NCBI GenBank assembly: GCA_002104945.1
Contig: MCFH01000179.1
Span: 1-20,926, forward strand
Source of the DNA: Piromyces finnis finn
Taxonomy: Eukaryota; Fungi; Neocallimastigomycota
DNA length: 20,926 nucleotides
Direction: 5' to 3'
Position numbers and translations under genes: made by a program. Shown here piece after piece: positions 20,125 to 20,926 of this stretch (positions are counted from its first letter, which is position 1; each line of letters opens with the position of its first letter). The notes beneath the pieces are model-generated. The model saw only the letters and a list, made by a program, of their open reading frames with translations, was not told the origin of the DNA and made no database searches.

Positions 20125-20585
20125 TGTTATTAATTATATAGTAAATATGTTTTTTAAGAAATTAAATTTGATAATAAAATAACACTTTAAACTTCCAAAT
20201 GAAAAATGAAAAATTTATATTTACTTTTAAAATAACTTTTTATAAATTTTTATTTATTTAATAATAATAATATAAATGATATTATAAGTAACTATATAAT
20301 TAAGATTATAACTATAATCTTTACAAAGAATTAAAATCGAATTCCATTCATTCTCTTTTATATTCTTTGTTCAGATTATTAAATTGATATTAATAAGAAT
20401 AAAGTATTACATGTAATATATTAATAATATAATTAAATAAGTAATAAGATTGTTTGTTTGTTTGTTTGTCATGACATAAAGTAAAATAAACATATGATTA
20501 ATCATTTAAACATTTGATCCTAATTAGTAATTATAAAAACTATTCAATTAATAATTCATCATTATTAATTGATATTAACATAACA
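20125..20585 (-). repeat. Probable element D 5' LTR (461 bp; single copy)
   Basis: TGTTAT...ATAACA terminal inverted repeat about 75 nt upstream of the gag ATG. It contains a (GTTT)n tract at 20450-20469. There is no second copy to confirm the boundaries. Confidence 0.5.
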
Positions 20586-20627
20586 TATTTGTTATAATTA
20601 AATAATTATTATTTTCAAAATTATTTC

Positions 20628-20717
20628 TTGTAAAGATATAATATATATCTTTAAATTATTTAATAATTAATTAATAATTATTAAATAATAATTTTGATAT
20701 TTTAATGAAAAATTATT
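20628..20717 (+). repeat. 90-bp repeat R, copy 2
   Basis: Near-identical direct repeat of 18577-18666. Confidence 0.85.
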
Positions 20718-20926
20718 TATAAAATTTATCATATAAATTTTATGGAATAATTAAATAAAGATTAATTTTAAAATATCAGAGTTAGAAATGAAATTTGGAT
20801 AAATATTTAAATTAATGGATAATTAAATTTAAATATTTTAAATATTCAAATTAAATCTTAAAAAGTTCTTATTTAATTAAAAATAGTTTAATAACTTTAG
20901 CGTAGTTTTAAATTAGTATTTTTTAA

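Larger units (their letters stand above)
18667..20585 (-). mobile_element. Truncated Ty3/gypsy element D (probable 5' LTR, gag, protease; RT/RH/IN absent)
   Basis: Retrotrans_gag-like ORF (VPDPSMFSG...KINFVQFRLRDAARNW) followed by a protease containing LLDSGSYCNF. Confidence 0.82.

Overview
Very AT-rich eukaryotic DNA with no recognisable host protein gene. The composition and repeat content would fit an anaerobic gut fungus or another AT-rich microbial eukaryote, but that is inference only. The window is a nest of Ty3/gypsy LTR retrotransposons around one intact tRNA-Cys(GCA) gene. Element A (minus, 791-6161) is 3'-truncated by a fold-back inverted duplication (1-790 mirrors 821-1609), probably a long-read artefact. 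Element B (minus, 6166-13689) is complete: LTR-PBS-gag-pol(PR-RT-RH-IN)-LTR. Element C (plus, ~15620-17484) is small and non-autonomous, and ends 14 bp upstream of the tRNA gene. Element E is a decayed integrase relic (~17680-18390). Element D (minus, 18667-20585) is a chromovirus-like gag-protease remnant. The most promising signal is a possible tRNA-gene/Pol III-targeted retroelement system: C abuts the tRNA start region, A and B are stacked only 4 bp apart, and A, B and C all use a tRNA-Ala primer. A and B also share unusual features: a 7-nt LTR-PBS spacer, a D-S-C protease active site and the same -1 frameshift cassette. Most frameshifts are single-base indels that look like sequencing error, so coding coordinates span reconstructed reading frames.
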